DNA of 64,000 nucleotides. It comes from Chloroflexota bacterium (lineage in GTDB: Bacteria > Chloroflexota > Dehalococcoidia > SM23-28-2 > RBG-16-64-32). Positions 18,525 through 30,867 of the stretch are shown here, piece after piece. Every line of letters begins with the position of its first letter. Position 1 is the first letter of the stretch. The stretch spans positions 2,807 through 66,806 of the forward strand of contig JAJCYV010000004.1 in assembly GCA_029262695.1 (NCBI GenBank), given 5' to 3'. Made by a program: the position numbers and the translations under genes. The notes beneath the pieces are model-generated. The model was not told the origin of the DNA and searched no databases. It saw only the letters and a program-made list of their open reading frames with translations.

Positions 18525-18659
18525 TGTCATCCTGAGCGGCAAGTCCGCCGCCAGGCGGACGCGAGCGAAGGATCTAGCGCCCCGATCCTGCAGTCCGTTC
18601 CGCAGATTCTTCGGTCGCTCCGTCCGCTGCTGGCGGACTCCGCTCCTCAGAATGACAGG
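18525..18659. mobile_element. MITE-like 135-bp element with roughly 28-bp imperfect terminal inverted repeats (TGTCATCCTGAGCGGCAAGTCCGCCGCC ... GGCGGACTCCGCTCCTCAGAATGACAGG)
   Basis: It lies in the intergenic region between the aldolase/SDR gene start and the tldD stop. It contains the same TCCTGAG and GTCCGCC/GGCGGAC hairpin modules as the other repeats and has no coding capacity. Confidence 0.5.
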
Positions 18660-18661
18660 GA

Positions 18662-20227
18662 TCATCGCCCCGTGAGGCGCGCGCGGGAGCGCATCGTTGG
18701 GCCGCCGTTGGACATGCGCTTCGTCTGCATCGGCTGGCCCTTCCCGCAGTTGGGGATCGAGAACAGCTGAAAGTCGTCGCCCACAGCGTCGACGTTGAGG
18801 AAGAAGTCGCGCGTGTCGCTCATCAGGCCGCCGTCGCGGAACATCTCGCCGATCTCGCCGTTCTCGATCTTGTACACCTTCATCGCCGTGATGCGGAAGT
18901 TCTCCCGCGACTCGGCGATCGAGGGGATGCGGTGGCCGACGACGTAGTAACCGTCGGCCACGTCGCGGATGATGTCGTGGTGGTCGCTGTCGCCGGGCGA
19001 GAAGGCGGTGTTCGACATGCGGATCAGCGGCACGAGTGAGGCGTCCGTCGCCTTGTAGTGGCCGTTCGGCTCGGCGCCGACGATCCCCGCCGTCTGGCGG
19101 CTGTTCGAGAAGCCGTTGAAGATGCCCTTGTCGAGGTGATATACGCGGCGTGCCGGCGTACCTTCGTCGTCGTACATGTAGTGGCCGAAGCCGTCGATAG
19201 TCGGGTCGCTGAACGCTGTCACGAGGTCCGACCCGACACGCTTGCCGAGCTGGTTCTCCTTCATGTCGCGCAGGAGCCAGGAGCGCCCGGCGTAGCCGGT
19301 CTCGAACTTGAGCGCGCGGTCCAGCTCCGTCGGGTGGCCGACGACCTCGTGGCAGAGCAGCGCGTTGTAGTGCGGGTCGGTGACGACGACGACGTCTTTG
19401 TCCGTCGCCTTGAGCGGCTTGCAGGCGCAGAGGGTGACGGCGTCGCGCGCAAGCTCCAGCGAGAAGTCCATCAGGTGCTGGAACTGGATGAACTCCTCGT
19501 CGACGCCGTGCGTGATCACCTCCCAGCCGCGCTGGTGGCCGGTGTAGTCGTAAAGCTCCTGGTGCCCTTCGTCGCCCTGCGCGATGACGAACGTCGTCCC
19601 CTGCGAGACCGCGAAGGACTGCTGGATGTTCGCGCCCTCGCTGCTCGCGAAGAGATGGCGCTCTAGCTGCGTGAACGCCGAGACGTAGTTGTAGGCGACA
19701 GCGGAGTCCAGGTCCCGCACGCGCGTCGAGACGTCGCGCACGTACTCTACAGCGTCCTCAAGAGGCACGTCCCGTGGGTCGATCTCGGCCTGGAAGGGCG
19801 TCTCGTCCTGCCGCACGTCGACGGGCGCTAGATCGAGGTCGTACAGCGAGGAGCCGAGAGCGCCGTAGCGCGAACGCGCCGCGTCCTTGCCGCGGGCGTT
19901 GGCGACGGCCCGGCCGTAGGCGCTGTCCAGCGCGTCGCGCAGCCGCTCCTGCAGGCGGGGCAGGTCGGCCGTGCCGACGATCTCGCCGACGTATCCGGGC
20001 GCGGCGACGTGCTGTCCGGCCAGCACGCGGACGCCGAACGAAAAGCCGTAGTCCTCGGTGCTGAACTTGTCCATCCCGTTCTCGGCGACCGCTACCTTGC
20101 CCTCGCTGACCTCGATGCGCACGTCGGCGTAGCGGCAGAAGCGCTTGCTCTTCGGGTACGACGAGACGAGGTCGAATACGGCGTCGCGGATGCCGGGGAT
20201 GACGTCGATGCTAACTTTCTCGGGCAC
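18662..20227 (-). CDS. tldD: TldD-family metallopeptidase (peptidase U62)
   Basis: A GTG at 20227 is preceded by GGAGG with a 6-nt spacer. HEVVGHPTELDR is the TldD metal-binding motif, and GRSW...GTP... is conserved. Confidence 0.8.
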   Translation of the reverse strand: MPEKVSIDVIPGIRDAVFDLVSSYPKSKRFCRYADVRIEVSEGKVAVAENGMDKFSTEDYGFSFGVRVLAGQHVAAPGYVGEIVGTADLPRLQERLRDALDSAYGRAVANARGKDAARSRYGALGSSLYDLDLAPVDVRQDETPFQAEIDPRDVPLEDAVEYVRDVSTRVRDLDSAVAYNYVSAFTQLERHLFASSEGANIQQSFAVSQGTTFVIAQGDEGHQELYDYTGHQRGWEVITHGVDEEFIQFQHLMDFSLELARDAVTLCACKPLKATDKDVVVVTDPHYNALLCHEVVGHPTELDRALKFETGYAGRSWLLRDMKENQLGKRVGSDLVTAFSDPTIDGFGHYMYDDEGTPARRVYHLDKGIFNGFSNSRQTAGIVGAEPNGHYKATDASLVPLIRMSNTAFSPGDSDHHDIIRDVADGYYVVGHRIPSIAESRENFRITAMKVYKIENGEIGEMFRDGGLMSDTRDFFLNVDAVGDDFQLFSIPNCGKGQPMQTKRMSNGGPTMRSRARLTGR

Positions 20228-20316
20228 GTGTTGCCTCCGTCTGGCGGGTGAGGGCGGGCGTCGTCTGCCCACGGGGCGGGCACGAGCGAAATTGTAAGCG
20301 GGCGCGGCTGGCCGGT

Positions 20317-20763
20317 CTAGTTGCCGCTGACGAGCGATTGCCACTCGTCGACTCGAAGCGGGTCGAGGCGAGTGATGCCTTCGATGCGGTCGAAGTCGCG
20401 GTCCGCCGTCACTATGTGTTTGGCGCCGACGCGGTGCATGATGGCGATATGGATGAGATCGCGGGCTTCGAGCTTCGGGTATGACAGAGCAAGCGATCCT
20501 GCGTATTGTGTGTCCACGACCGTCATATCGGCGACGCGCAGCTCCATCAGATTGAAGACCAAATCAACGTATGGCTTCATCTCGCGCCAGCGCCCCTGGG
20601 ATGTGTACCTGTGGAGGACTTCCTGTGTAACTTCGGCGTTGGTGAAGAAGTCATCGCATGTCGCCGCTAGATCTAGGACTTGCTTCGAGGGCATCTTGAG
20701 CGTGTGCTCACGGCCCAGGACATACAAAAAGACGTTGGTGTCAAGGAAGATCGGACTTGTCAT
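20317..20763 (-). CDS. vapC: PIN-domain ribonuclease toxin VapC
   Basis: The N-terminus is MTSPIFLDTNVFLYVL, with conserved acidic residues (D...E...D...D). It overlaps the upstream antitoxin by about 23 nt. Confidence 0.75.
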   Translation of the reverse strand: MTSPIFLDTNVFLYVLGREHTLKMPSKQVLDLAATCDDFFTNAEVTQEVLHRYTSQGRWREMKPYVDLVFNLMELRVADMTVVDTQYAGSLALSYPKLEARDLIHIAIMHRVGAKHIVTADRDFDRIEGITRLDPLRVDEWQSLVSGN

Positions 20764-20995
20764 GGCCGGCAAGGATCTGGCGCTTTAGTTCATCCGGATC
20801 GGGCACATCTTCGATGTTCGCTTCAGACATACGCTTCACGATGTCCAGACGTTTCTGGATCATCATCTTCTCGTGAGCCTCATCGATCGCCCGGCGCAGC
20901 GCGTCGGATGCGGTCGTGCCGTACCGCTCCCGCAGTTCGGCGATCTTGCGCTTGTGCTCTTCGTCGACCCGAAGCTCAATTCGCTCGTACTTCAT
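20741..20995 (-). CDS. vapB: Antitoxin VapB (ribbon-helix-helix/CopG-like)
   Basis: MKYERIELRVDEEHKRKIAELRERYGTTASDALRRAIDEA is an RHH fold. It lies upstream of and overlaps vapC. Confidence 0.65.
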   Translation of the reverse strand: MKYERIELRVDEEHKRKIAELRERYGTTASDALRRAIDEAHEKMMIQKRLDIVKRMSEANIEDVPDPDELKRQILAGHDKSDLP

Positions 20996-21031
20996 GCCGT
21001 ACGCTATTGTACGGCACATTCACCCCGTACG

Positions 21032-22468
21032 CTAGTTGCCGGGCAGGGCTGTCTCGCCCATCAGGTAGCGGTCGATGCCGCGCGCCGCCGTGCGCCCTTC
21101 CTGGATCGCCCAGACGATGAGCGACTGGCCGCGCGTCATGTCGCCGGCCGTGAAGACGCCGGGCACGCTGGTCATCTTCTCGCGGTCACAGACAACGTTG
21201 CCACGGTCGTTCAGATCGACTCCAAGCTGGTCGAGCATGTAGCGCTCCGGGCCCAGGAAGCCCATCGCCAGCAGTAGCAGGTCGACGCGCTCCTCGAACT
21301 CCGTGTCCGGGAGCTCCTTCATCACCATACGGCCGTCCTCGCGCGCGAACTCGACGTGGTTGCCGTGGAGTCTCTGCAGGACGCCGTTCTCGCCCGAGAG
21401 GCGCGTCGTCTGCACGGAGTACTCGCGCTCGCCGCCTTCTTCGTGCGCCGAGGTCACGCGATAAGTGTTCGGGTATGTCGGCCACGGGGCGTCGGTCGGG
21501 CGGTGCTCCGGCGGGCGCGGCAGGATCTCCATCTGGATCACGGACTTCGCGCCCTGGCGGTGCGCCGTCCCCAGACAGTCCGCGCCTGTGTCGCCGCCGC
21601 CGAGGATGATCACGCGCTTGCCCTTCGCCGAGACGAACTGCGCCTCCGGTATTTCGTCGCCGGCGTTGCGCTTGTTCTGCAGCGGCAGGAAGTCCATCGC
21701 GAAGTACGTGCCCGTCAGCTCGCGTCCCGGCACCTGCAGATCGCGCGGGTGCGTCGCGCCGCCGGTCAGGCAGAGCGCGGCGTACTCCTTGCGCAGCTCT
21801 GCCGCGTCAATGTCCACCCCGACGTTCGAGTTAGGGCGGAACTCGACGCCTTCGGCTTCCATCTGCTCCACGCGCCGGTCGATGACCCACTTCTCCATCT
21901 TGAAGTCCGGGATCCCGTATCGCAGAAGCCCGCCGATCCGTGAGTCGCGCTCGAACACGGACACAGCGTGGCCGGCGCGGGCGAGCTGCTGAGCCGCCGC
22001 CAGGCCCGCGGGCCCGGAACCGATGACGGCGACGCGCTTGCCCGTGAGGCGCTCCGGGGGTTCCGGCTTGATCCAACCTTCCTCGCGGGCGTGCTCGATG
22101 ATCTCCAGCTCGATCTGCTTGATCGTCACGGCGTCGTCGTTGATCGCCAGCACGCTGGCCGATTCGCAGGGCGCCGGGCAGAGGCGACCGGTGAACTCCG
22201 GGAAGTTGTTTGTCGCGTGCAGACGGTCGATCGCCTCGTGCCAGAGGTCGCGGTAAGCGAGGTCGTTCCAGTCCGGAATGATGTTGCCCAGCGGGCAGCC
22301 CTGGTGGCAGAACGGGATGCCGCAGTCCATGCAGCGCGCGGCCTGCTTCTGCAGGTGCGAAGGCGGGAAGTCCTTGTAGACCTCCAGCCAGTCGTGCAGG
22401 CGCTTCTTCACGGGGCGCCTCTTCGGCACCTCCCGCGCGAACTCCATGAAGCCGGTAGGCTTACCCAC
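21032..22468 (-). CDS. gltD: Glutamate synthase (NADPH) small subunit
   Basis: It has an Fe-S Cys cluster ([14 protein letters not shown]...CPAPCE) plus FAD/NAD GxGxxG sites ([14 protein letters not shown]; [13 protein letters not shown]). Confidence 0.9.
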   Translation of the reverse strand: MGKPTGFMEFAREVPKRRPVKKRLHDWLEVYKDFPPSHLQKQAARCMDCGIPFCHQGCPLGNIIPDWNDLAYRDLWHEAIDRLHATNNFPEFTGRLCPAPCESASVLAINDDAVTIKQIELEIIEHAREEGWIKPEPPERLTGKRVAVIGSGPAGLAAAQQLARAGHAVSVFERDSRIGGLLRYGIPDFKMEKWVIDRRVEQMEAEGVEFRPNSNVGVDIDAAELRKEYAALCLTGGATHPRDLQVPGRELTGTYFAMDFLPLQNKRNAGDEIPEAQFVSAKGKRVIILGGGDTGADCLGTAHRQGAKSVIQMEILPRPPEHRPTDAPWPTYPNTYRVTSAHEEGGEREYSVQTTRLSGENGVLQRLHGNHVEFAREDGRMVMKELPDTEFEERVDLLLLAMGFLGPERYMLDQLGVDLNDRGNVVCDREKMTSVPGVFTAGDMTRGQSLIVWAIQEGRTAARGIDRYLMGETALPGN

Positions 22469-25400
22469 GAGCGCTCTTCTTCGCCCTGGCCTTCGCCGTA
22501 GCGGCCTTCCGCGGGCGGCCGTTTTTGCCGTTCCCGCCGTTGTTGCGCTTCGCCGCGGCCTTCACCTTGCGTGTCTCCTTCAGCTGCTCCTGGAGAACGC
22601 GCTTGTAGTCTTTCGGCATCACCTTCACGAACTTCTTCGCTATCTTCGGCCAGTCCTCCAGCACCCACTCGGCGACGGTGCTGCCCGTGTCCTTGCGGTG
22701 GCGCTCCAGCAGACCGCGCACCAGGTCCAGGTCCTCGTCGTCGTCCAGCTTTTCGAGATCCACCATCTCCTGGTTGCAGCGGACGTGGAAGTCGCCGTCG
22801 GGGTCGTAAACGTAAGCGATGCCGCCGCTCATGCCGGCGGCGAAGTTGCGGCCCGTGTGTCCGATGATGACAACGCGGCCGCCGGTCATGTACTCGCAGC
22901 CGTGGTCGCCCACGCCCTCGATCACCGCCATCGCGCCCGAGTTGCGGACGCAGAAGCGCTCGCCGGCGACGCCGCGCGCGAAGAGCATGCCGCTGGTCGC
23001 GCCGTACAGCGCCACGTTGCCGATGAGGATGTTCTCTTCGGGCACGAACGTCGAGGCCTTCGGCGGGTAGATGATCAGCTTGCCGCCGGAGAGCCCCTTG
23101 CCCGTGTAGTCGTTGGAGTCGCCCTCCAGGAACATCGTGATGCCGCGCGGGACGAAGGCGCCGAAGCTCTGGCCGGCCGAGCCGTTGAAGCGGATCGTGA
23201 TCGTGTCGTCCGGCAGACCGTCGATTCCGTACTTGCGGGACAGCTCGCTGCCCAGGATCGTGCCGACCGTCCGGTTCACGTTGCGGATGGGCATCTCGAT
23301 CTCGACCTTCTTCTTCTTGTTGAGCGCCGGCTTCGCGAGCGGCAGCAGATCCTGGTCCAGCGCCTTGTCCAGACCATGGTCCTGGTCCGTGATGCGGCGG
23401 GTGGCGACGTCAGGGCCGACATCGGGCCGGTAGAAGATCGCCGAGAAGTCGAGGCCGCGCGCCTTGTAGTGCTCAATCGCGCGGCGCATGTCCAGCAGGT
23501 CGCTGCGGCCGATGACCTCGTCGACGCTGCGGTACCCCATCGCCGCCAGGTACTCGCGAATCTCCCCGGCGACGAAGCGGAAGAAGTTGACGACGTGCTC
23601 CGCCTGGCCCGTGAACTTCTCGCGCAGCTGCGGGTTCTGCGTGGCGATGCCGACGGGGCAGGTGTCCATGTGGCAGACGCGCATCATGATGCAGCCCATC
23701 ACGACGAGCGGCGCCGTCGCGAACCCGTACTCCTCCGCCCCAAGCAGCGCCGCGATGATCGCGTCGCGTCCCGTCTTCATCTGGCCGTCCGTCTGGACGA
23801 CGATGCGGTCGCGCAGGTTGTTGAGGACGAGCGTCTGCTGTGTCTCCGCAAGGCCCAGCTCCCAGGGGATGCCGGCGTGCTTGATGGACGTTAGCGGGCT
23901 GGCGCCGGTGCCGCCGTCGTGGCCGCTGATGAGCACGACGTCGGACTTCGCCTTGGCGACCCCCGCGGCGACGGTGCCCACGCCGACTTCGGCGACGAGC
24001 TTGACGCTGATACGGGCCAGTGGGTTCGAGTTCTTGAGGTCGTGGATCAGCTGCGCCAGGTCCTCGATGGAGTAGATGTCGTGGTGCGGCGGCGGGCTGA
24101 TGAGACCGACGCCGGGTGTTGAGTAGCGCACGCCGGCGATCCAGGGCCAGACTTTGTGGCCCGGCAGCTGTCCGCCCTCACCGGGCTTCGCGCCCTGTGC
24201 CATCTTGATCTGCAACTCGTCGGCGTTCACGAGGTACTCGCTCGTCACGCCGAAGCGCCCGGACGCCACCTGCTTGATCGCGCTGCGGCGCCGGTCGCCG
24301 TTCTTGTCCGGCGTAAACCGGCGGCGGTCTTCGCCTCCTTCGCCCGTGTTGCTCTTGCCGCCGAGGCGGTTCATCGCGATCGCCAGCGTCTCGTGGGCCT
24401 CCGCGCTGATCGAGCCGAACGACATCGCGCCCGTCGCAAAGCGATGGAAGATCGCCTCCGCCGGCTCCACTTCATCGATCGGTATCGGCTCGCGGTCAGA
24501 GTTGATCTCGAAGAGACCGCGCAGCGTACACAGCCGCTCGGACTGATCGTCCACCATGCGGCTGTACTCCTTGAAGACGTCCGGCCGGTCGGAGCGCGTG
24601 CTGTGCTGCAGGCGGAACACCGTCTCCGGGTTGAAGAGGTGGAACTCGCCGTCGCGGCGCCACTGGTACTGGCCGCCCCAGAGTAGCTCGTCCAGACCGC
24701 CGTCACGCGCCGGGAAGGCACGCTCGTGGTGATAGAGCGTGTCGATGGCGATCTCTTCGGCGCCGACGCCGCCGATGCGCGACGCCGTGTACGTGAAGTA
24801 GTCGTCGATGAAGTCCTGACCCAGGCCGATCGCCTCGAAGATCTGCGCGCCGCGATAGCTCTGCACCGTCGAGATGCCCATCTTTGACATGATCTTGACC
24901 ACGGCCTTCTTGCACGCCTTGAGGTAGTGCTGGGCTGCCTCCTCGTACGAGATCCCGGACTCCATCAGGCCCTCGTCGCTCATGCCGGCGAGAGTGTCCA
25001 GCGCCAGGTACGGGTTAATCGCGTCGGCGCCGTAGCCGATCAGCAGCGCGTGGTGGTGGCCCTCGCGCGCCTCGCCTGTCTCCAGCACCAGCCCCACGCG
25101 CGTGCGCTTGCGTTCGCGGACGAGGTGGTTCTGCAGGCCGGCCGTCGCCAGGAGCGCCGGAATCGGAGCGTTCTTCCTGTCGACGCCGCGGTCGGAGAGG
25201 ATAAGGAAGCTCGCGCCGTTCTCGATCGCCTCGTCCGCCTGCTTGCAGAGCCGCTTCATCGCCCGCTCGAGGCCCTTGGGGCCTTCGCTGGCGGGGAAGG
25301 TTAGCGGCAGTACGCTGGTACTCAGCTTGCCGTTCCTGGCGGCCTTGAAGCGCGCCAGGTCACCGTTGTCGATGAACGGTGACTTGAGCTCTATCCGCCT

Positions 25401-27122
25401 GGCGTTCTCCGGCTGGGGCTCCAGGAGGTCGCCTTCCGGACCGACCAGCGAATTCACGGACGTCACGATCTCCTCGCGGATCGCGTCCAGGGGCGGGTTC
25501 GTGACCTGCGCGAAGAGCTGCTTGAAGTAGTTGTAGAGCGGCTGCGGCTTGTCGGAAAGCACAGCCAGGGGCGTGTCCGTCCCCATCGAGCCGAGCGCTT
25601 CTTGCCCGTCGCGCGCCATCGGCCCCAGGATGTACTTCAGGTCCTCCACCGTGTAGCCGAAGGCGATCTGACGTTGCAGGAGCCGATCGCCCTGGAGCGT
25701 CTTCGCCGGCCTGCCCTTCGGCAGGTTGTCAATCGTCTTCAGGTTCTTCGCGAGCCACTCCCCGTACGGGCGGCCAGACGCCATGCGGTGCTTCAGCTCC
25801 GCGTCGTCGATGATTCGCCCCTCGGCCATGTCCACCAGGAACATGCGGCCCGGCTGCAGCCGCCCCTTTTGGAGCACGTTCTCTGGTTCGATCGGCAGCA
25901 CGCCGACCTCGGAGGCCATGATCACGTAGTCGTCCTTCGTGACGTAAAAGCGCGACGGGCGCAGGCCGTTGCGGTCCAGCACAGCGCCGATCTTGTTGCC
26001 GTCCGTGAAGACGATGGAGGCGGGGCCGTCCCAGGGCTCCATCAGGCACGAGTGGTAACGGTAGAAGTCCTTCTTCTCCTGGCTCATCGATTCGTGGCCG
26101 TCCCACGGTTCCGGGATCATCATCATGACCGCGTGTTCGATCGGGCGGCCCGTCATCGTCAGAAGCTCAAGCGCGTTGTCGAAGCAAGCGGTGTCGCTGC
26201 CGGTCTCGTCGAGCACAGGGATGATGCGTTGGATGTCCGGGATCGAATCGGACTCAAAGAGGGCCTCGCGGGCGCGCATCCAGTTGATGTTGCCTCGAAG
26301 GGTGTTGATCTCGCCGTTGTGGGAGATCATCCGGTACGGGTGCGCGAGCTTCCAGCTGGGGAACGTGTTCGTGCTGAAGCGCGAGTGGAACATGCAGAGC
26401 GCGCTTGCCATCCGCGGGTCCGAAAGGTCCGGGAAGTACTCGCGGATCTGGGTCGCAATCAGCATCCCCTTGTAGATCAGCGTCTTGGCCGACATGCTCG
26501 GCACGTAGAACGACTGCGCTTCCTTGATATCGCCCCGGTCGAGCGCATTGCGGAAGACCCGGCGGATCATGAAAAGGCGTCGCTCAAAGGCGTCGAGGTC
26601 CGCGATGTGCTCGCCGCGGCCGATAAAGACGTGGAACATGTCCGGCTCGGCGGCGAGGGCAGTCGCGCCAAGCGACGAGTTGTCCGTCGGCACCTGCCGC
26701 CAGCCCAGCAGGTGCTGTCCGTCTCCCTCCACGATATTCTGGAGGAGCCGCATCGCTTCCTTCTGTGCCTTCTTGTTCTTCGGCATGAAGAGCAGGCCCA
26801 CGCCGTAGTGGTCCGGCGCCGGCAGGCGAATGCCCTCGTGCGCGCAGGCGTGGGAGAAGAAATCGTGCGGCACCTGGATGAGGATGCCGGCGCCGTCGCC
26901 CGTGTTCACCTCGCAGCCGCAGGCGCCGCGGTGCTCGAGGTGTTCCAGCGCCGTGATGCCGTCGTCGATGACCTTGTGCGACCGCCGGCCCTTGAGGTGC
27001 ACCAGAAAGCCGACGCCGCAGCTGTCATGCTCGTGGGCTGGGTCGTAGAGCCCGGCCGCGTTCGGCCCGGCGGCGCCGGAAGGTGCGGAAGGTATAGGTG
27101 AAGTGTGGTCGCGTGAGTTCAT
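22461..27122 (-). CDS. gltB: Glutamate synthase large subunit
   Basis: The 1553-aa protein begins with the N-terminal amidotransferase Cys ([11 protein letters not shown]). The FMN/3Fe-4S central domain and the GXGXG C-terminal domain are present. It overlaps gltD by 8 nt. Confidence 0.92.
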   Translation of the reverse strand: MNSRDHTSPIPSAPSGAAGPNAAGLYDPAHEHDSCGVGFLVHLKGRRSHKVIDDGITALEHLEHRGACGCEVNTGDGAGILIQVPHDFFSHACAHEGIRLPAPDHYGVGLLFMPKNKKAQKEAMRLLQNIVEGDGQHLLGWRQVPTDNSSLGATALAAEPDMFHVFIGRGEHIADLDAFERRLFMIRRVFRNALDRGDIKEAQSFYVPSMSAKTLIYKGMLIATQIREYFPDLSDPRMASALCMFHSRFSTNTFPSWKLAHPYRMISHNGEINTLRGNINWMRAREALFESDSIPDIQRIIPVLDETGSDTACFDNALELLTMTGRPIEHAVMMMIPEPWDGHESMSQEKKDFYRYHSCLMEPWDGPASIVFTDGNKIGAVLDRNGLRPSRFYVTKDDYVIMASEVGVLPIEPENVLQKGRLQPGRMFLVDMAEGRIIDDAELKHRMASGRPYGEWLAKNLKTIDNLPKGRPAKTLQGDRLLQRQIAFGYTVEDLKYILGPMARDGQEALGSMGTDTPLAVLSDKPQPLYNYFKQLFAQVTNPPLDAIREEIVTSVNSLVGPEGDLLEPQPENARRIELKSPFIDNGDLARFKAARNGKLSTSVLPLTFPASEGPKGLERAMKRLCKQADEAIENGASFLILSDRGVDRKNAPIPALLATAGLQNHLVRERKRTRVGLVLETGEAREGHHHALLIGYGADAINPYLALDTLAGMSDEGLMESGISYEEAAQHYLKACKKAVVKIMSKMGISTVQSYRGAQIFEAIGLGQDFIDDYFTYTASRIGGVGAEEIAIDTLYHHERAFPARDGGLDELLWGGQYQWRRDGEFHLFNPETVFRLQHSTRSDRPDVFKEYSRMVDDQSERLCTLRGLFEINSDREPIPIDEVEPAEAIFHRFATGAMSFGSISAEAHETLAIAMNRLGGKSNTGEGGEDRRRFTPDKNGDRRRSAIKQVASGRFGVTSEYLVNADELQIKMAQGAKPGEGGQLPGHKVWPWIAGVRYSTPGVGLISPPPHHDIYSIEDLAQLIHDLKNSNPLARISVKLVAEVGVGTVAAGVAKAKSDVVLISGHDGGTGASPLTSIKHAGIPWELGLAETQQTLVLNNLRDRIVVQTDGQMKTGRDAIIAALLGAEEYGFATAPLVVMGCIMMRVCHMDTCPVGIATQNPQLREKFTGQAEHVVNFFRFVAGEIREYLAAMGYRSVDEVIGRSDLLDMRRAIEHYKARGLDFSAIFYRPDVGPDVATRRITDQDHGLDKALDQDLLPLAKPALNKKKKVEIEMPIRNVNRTVGTILGSELSRKYGIDGLPDDTITIRFNGSAGQSFGAFVPRGITMFLEGDSNDYTGKGLSGGKLIIYPPKASTFVPEENILIGNVALYGATSGMLFARGVAGERFCVRNSGAMAVIEGVGDHGCEYMTGGRVVIIGHTGRNFAAGMSGGIAYVYDPDGDFHVRCNQEMVDLEKLDDDEDLDLVRGLLERHRKDTGSTVAEWVLEDWPKIAKKFVKVMPKDYKRVLQEQLKETRKVKAAAKRNNGGNGKNGRPRKAATAKARAKKSARG

Positions 27123-27159
27123 GAGCCCTCTCCTCGTTTGCCCTAGATGCGCGTGGGCG

Positions 27160-27176
27160 CCGCGCGTTTCGCGCGG
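27160..27176. promoter_or_regulatory. Perfect palindrome CCGCGCG-TTT-CGCGCGG 38-54 nt upstream of the gltB start; candidate operator
   Basis: This is a 7-bp inverted repeat with a 3-nt spacer in the gltBD 5' region. No regulator was assigned. Confidence 0.25.
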
Positions 27177-27465
27177 GAGAGTACCTTGCGGGTCCGTCGG
27201 AATGATCGGCAGGGGGCAACGGCCGGTGCGTCCGGAACGCCTGCAGTCGCTATAGATGTCTCGGGCTTGATCATCCGTACCTCGTCCCCGCCGCCGGAAA
27301 AAGAATGTGTGAAGTATACCGGCGGTCCCTGGAGTTGTCTACGCCGCCACGAACTGCGATCGCGGCGGCGTATGCCATAGACGTCTTCGATTGGGCCTCT
27401 ACATTAGCATAGGAGGCACGGGAGAGGCAAAGCCTGGCCACTGTCGGAACCGATGGCCAGCGCGC

Positions 27466-28146
27466 TCACGGCGACGGGGTAATCGGCGTTGGCTCGAAGG
27501 AGGGGGCCAGTGGCGCCGTGCTGGCAGGCGTCTCTTGCGCCTCTTGCGCCTCGGTTGGTGGTGGCGCTGCGTTTCCCGGCGTTCCCAGCGGCGAGGGAAA
27601 CAGCTCCACGTCCTTGCGGGCAACAATCAGATTGACTTGTGACACCCCGCCCGTTGACGGCGTCTCTTCCTTCGTAGTTCTACCGATGGGTATCTCCACG
27701 AGCAGCCGCATGTCGTCCTTCAAGAAAGCAAAGTATGTGGAAGTGGTTGCCGATCGTTCGCCTGTCCGAAGGTCCGCCACAGGACCTTCGACCGTGGCTG
27801 TCCAGACTGGCTTCTCCAACTGCCACCGGTCAGACGGCAGCACCTTCCCAAAGAAAGCGATCACGTCTTCTGCCGTTGTCTCTGGTGAGACTTCGAAACC
27901 ACCAAACACGATACCGTCGTTATGGTTTTCGATACGGTAGCTGCCGTCGGCCAGTGAAGCGGTCTTGGCCTTAGGGAACACCGGCACGGATGTGAGGGCG
28001 TTAGCCAGCGCGGCGTCCGGCTCTTCCCCTCCGCCGCCGCCGAAGCCGTCTGCACTCCCATCGTCCCCGCCACAAGACGAAGCGAGAAGCGGGAGCAGCA
28101 AGAGGGTCGCAAGGCCGAATGCCAGCGCCGTCGTCTTCACCGTCAT
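27466..28146 (-). CDS. Lipoprotein of unknown function
   Basis: It has a signal peptide with lipobox (LLASSCGG) and a Pro/Thr-rich C-terminus. Confidence 0.5.
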   Translation of the reverse strand: MTVKTTALAFGLATLLLLPLLASSCGGDDGSADGFGGGGGEEPDAALANALTSVPVFPKAKTASLADGSYRIENHNDGIVFGGFEVSPETTAEDVIAFFGKVLPSDRWQLEKPVWTATVEGPVADLRTGERSATTSTYFAFLKDDMRLLVEIPIGRTTKEETPSTGGVSQVNLIVARKDVELFPSPLGTPGNAAPPPTEAQEAQETPASTAPLAPSFEPTPITPSP

Positions 28147-28398
28147 CTTGCGTCACCCCTTCGATCCATCGGCACACTTAGCATTGCGAGTGAGTACTGC
28201 CATAGATGGTTCGTCCTAGATGGCTGTGGGTGAAGCACAAGTAGGGCGCCTGCTACAGTGAGTAGTGGGATCGCGAGCCGAAGTAGCTTCTTGAATGAGC
28301 CGCGCCTCTGGATCATGACCACCCCCTGCTTTGAGCGCCTTGATAATAGGAGATTGGAGGGGGGGCTGGTCAAGCGTCGTCAGGGGTGTCTTCAGGAC

Positions 28399-28428
28399 TT
28401 GCAATAAGCGCACGAGTTCGCTAAAAAT
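28399..28428 (+). promoter_or_regulatory. Putative sigma-A promoter of groEL (TTGCAA -35, roughly 18-nt spacer, TAAAAT-like -10)
   Basis: It lies immediately 5' of the CIRCE operator, the usual arrangement for HrcA-controlled chaperone genes. Confidence 0.4.
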
Positions 28429-28431
28429 GTC

Positions 28432-28458
28432 TTAGCACTCCGCCCCGGTGAGTGCTAA
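28432..28458 (+). promoter_or_regulatory. CIRCE element (HrcA operator) TTAGCACTC-N9-GAGTGCTAA
   Basis: It matches the CIRCE consensus perfectly, with a 9-nt spacer (cgccccggt), 63 nt upstream of the groEL ATG. Confidence 0.85.
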
Positions 28459-28490
28459 CGCCCACTCGCATGAAATGCCCAGACGGGTAA

Positions 28491-30143
<1,653 letters not shown>

Positions 30144-30156
30144 AGGGAACAGGGAA

Positions 30157-30229
30157 AACGGAGCAAGGGGCCTGGAACACGGAACAGGGGCTTGGCTCAT
30201 GTTCCAGGTTCTTTGCCCCAGGCTCCGTT
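30157..30229 (+). other. Extended nested stem-loop structure 3' of groEL, with no U-tract
   Basis: Outer stem AACGGAGC/GCTCCGTT (8 bp), inner CCTGGAAC/GTTCCAGG (8 bp) and GGGGC/GCCCC. It may be a processing or stability element or a Rho-dependent terminator region. Confidence 0.3.
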
Positions 30230-30331
30230 GCGCCTTCCACATCCAGCGTGCCGCCCGCGCGTCTGGAATAGAGGCGGCGGTCGTATAATGCATCGAGAGG
30301 AAGCGTAGAATTGTTTGCGGAGAGTGGTGAG

Positions 30332-30754
30332 ATGATCGACATTGATGAGCTGCGTAAAGTCGTTGACAACGCCGACGTATTCACGATCGGGTTCCGCATG
30401 TTCCCGGAGCGACTGATCATCGACACGCGGAGCGAGAGCGAGACGCCGCCGATGATCCGCGTCGTCGAACCGGTCAGCTCCGTCGAAGAGCGGTTCTTCT
30501 GGCTCGGCAAGGAGCGCCCCCAGTTCACCATGCCGGAGCGCTTTACATTCTTCGTCTGGCCGCACTCCATGCGCTTCTTCGAAGACTCCGGCCTCGGCGA
30601 CCTGATCCGCCAGCGCGTCTACCCCATCGACCCCGACTGCGGGCGCCAGATGGCGGAGAGCATCCACCGGCTCGCCGTCCTTGAGCGCCGGGCGGAACGC
30701 GACGCAATCACCGGCCGCAACCACGAGACGCTCTGGGAGCGCGCCGAAAACTAG
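30332..30754 (+). CDS. Hypothetical protein
   Basis: An ATG preceded by GGAGAG was chosen over the alternative TTG at 30311. No family was recognised (MIDIDELRKVVDNADVFTIGFRMFPERLIIDTRSE...). Confidence 0.4.
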   Translation: MIDIDELRKVVDNADVFTIGFRMFPERLIIDTRSESETPPMIRVVEPVSSVEERFFWLGKERPQFTMPERFTFFVWPHSMRFFEDSGLGDLIRQRVYPIDPDCGRQMAESIHRLAVLERRAERDAITGRNHETLWERAEN

Positions 30755-30867
30755 CCTCTCGCACAACGCAGACGAAGGCCGCCCACTTCGGGCGGCCTTT
30801 CCGCATCTTCCCGTCGCCCACGCGGCGCGGTAGTATCGCGCCAGACCTCAACCGCGAAAGGAGCCCC

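Noticed and set aside
25602-27101. 499-aa + strand ORF
   Set aside because: It is fully antisense to gltB and its composition is low-complexity Arg/Val/Ala.
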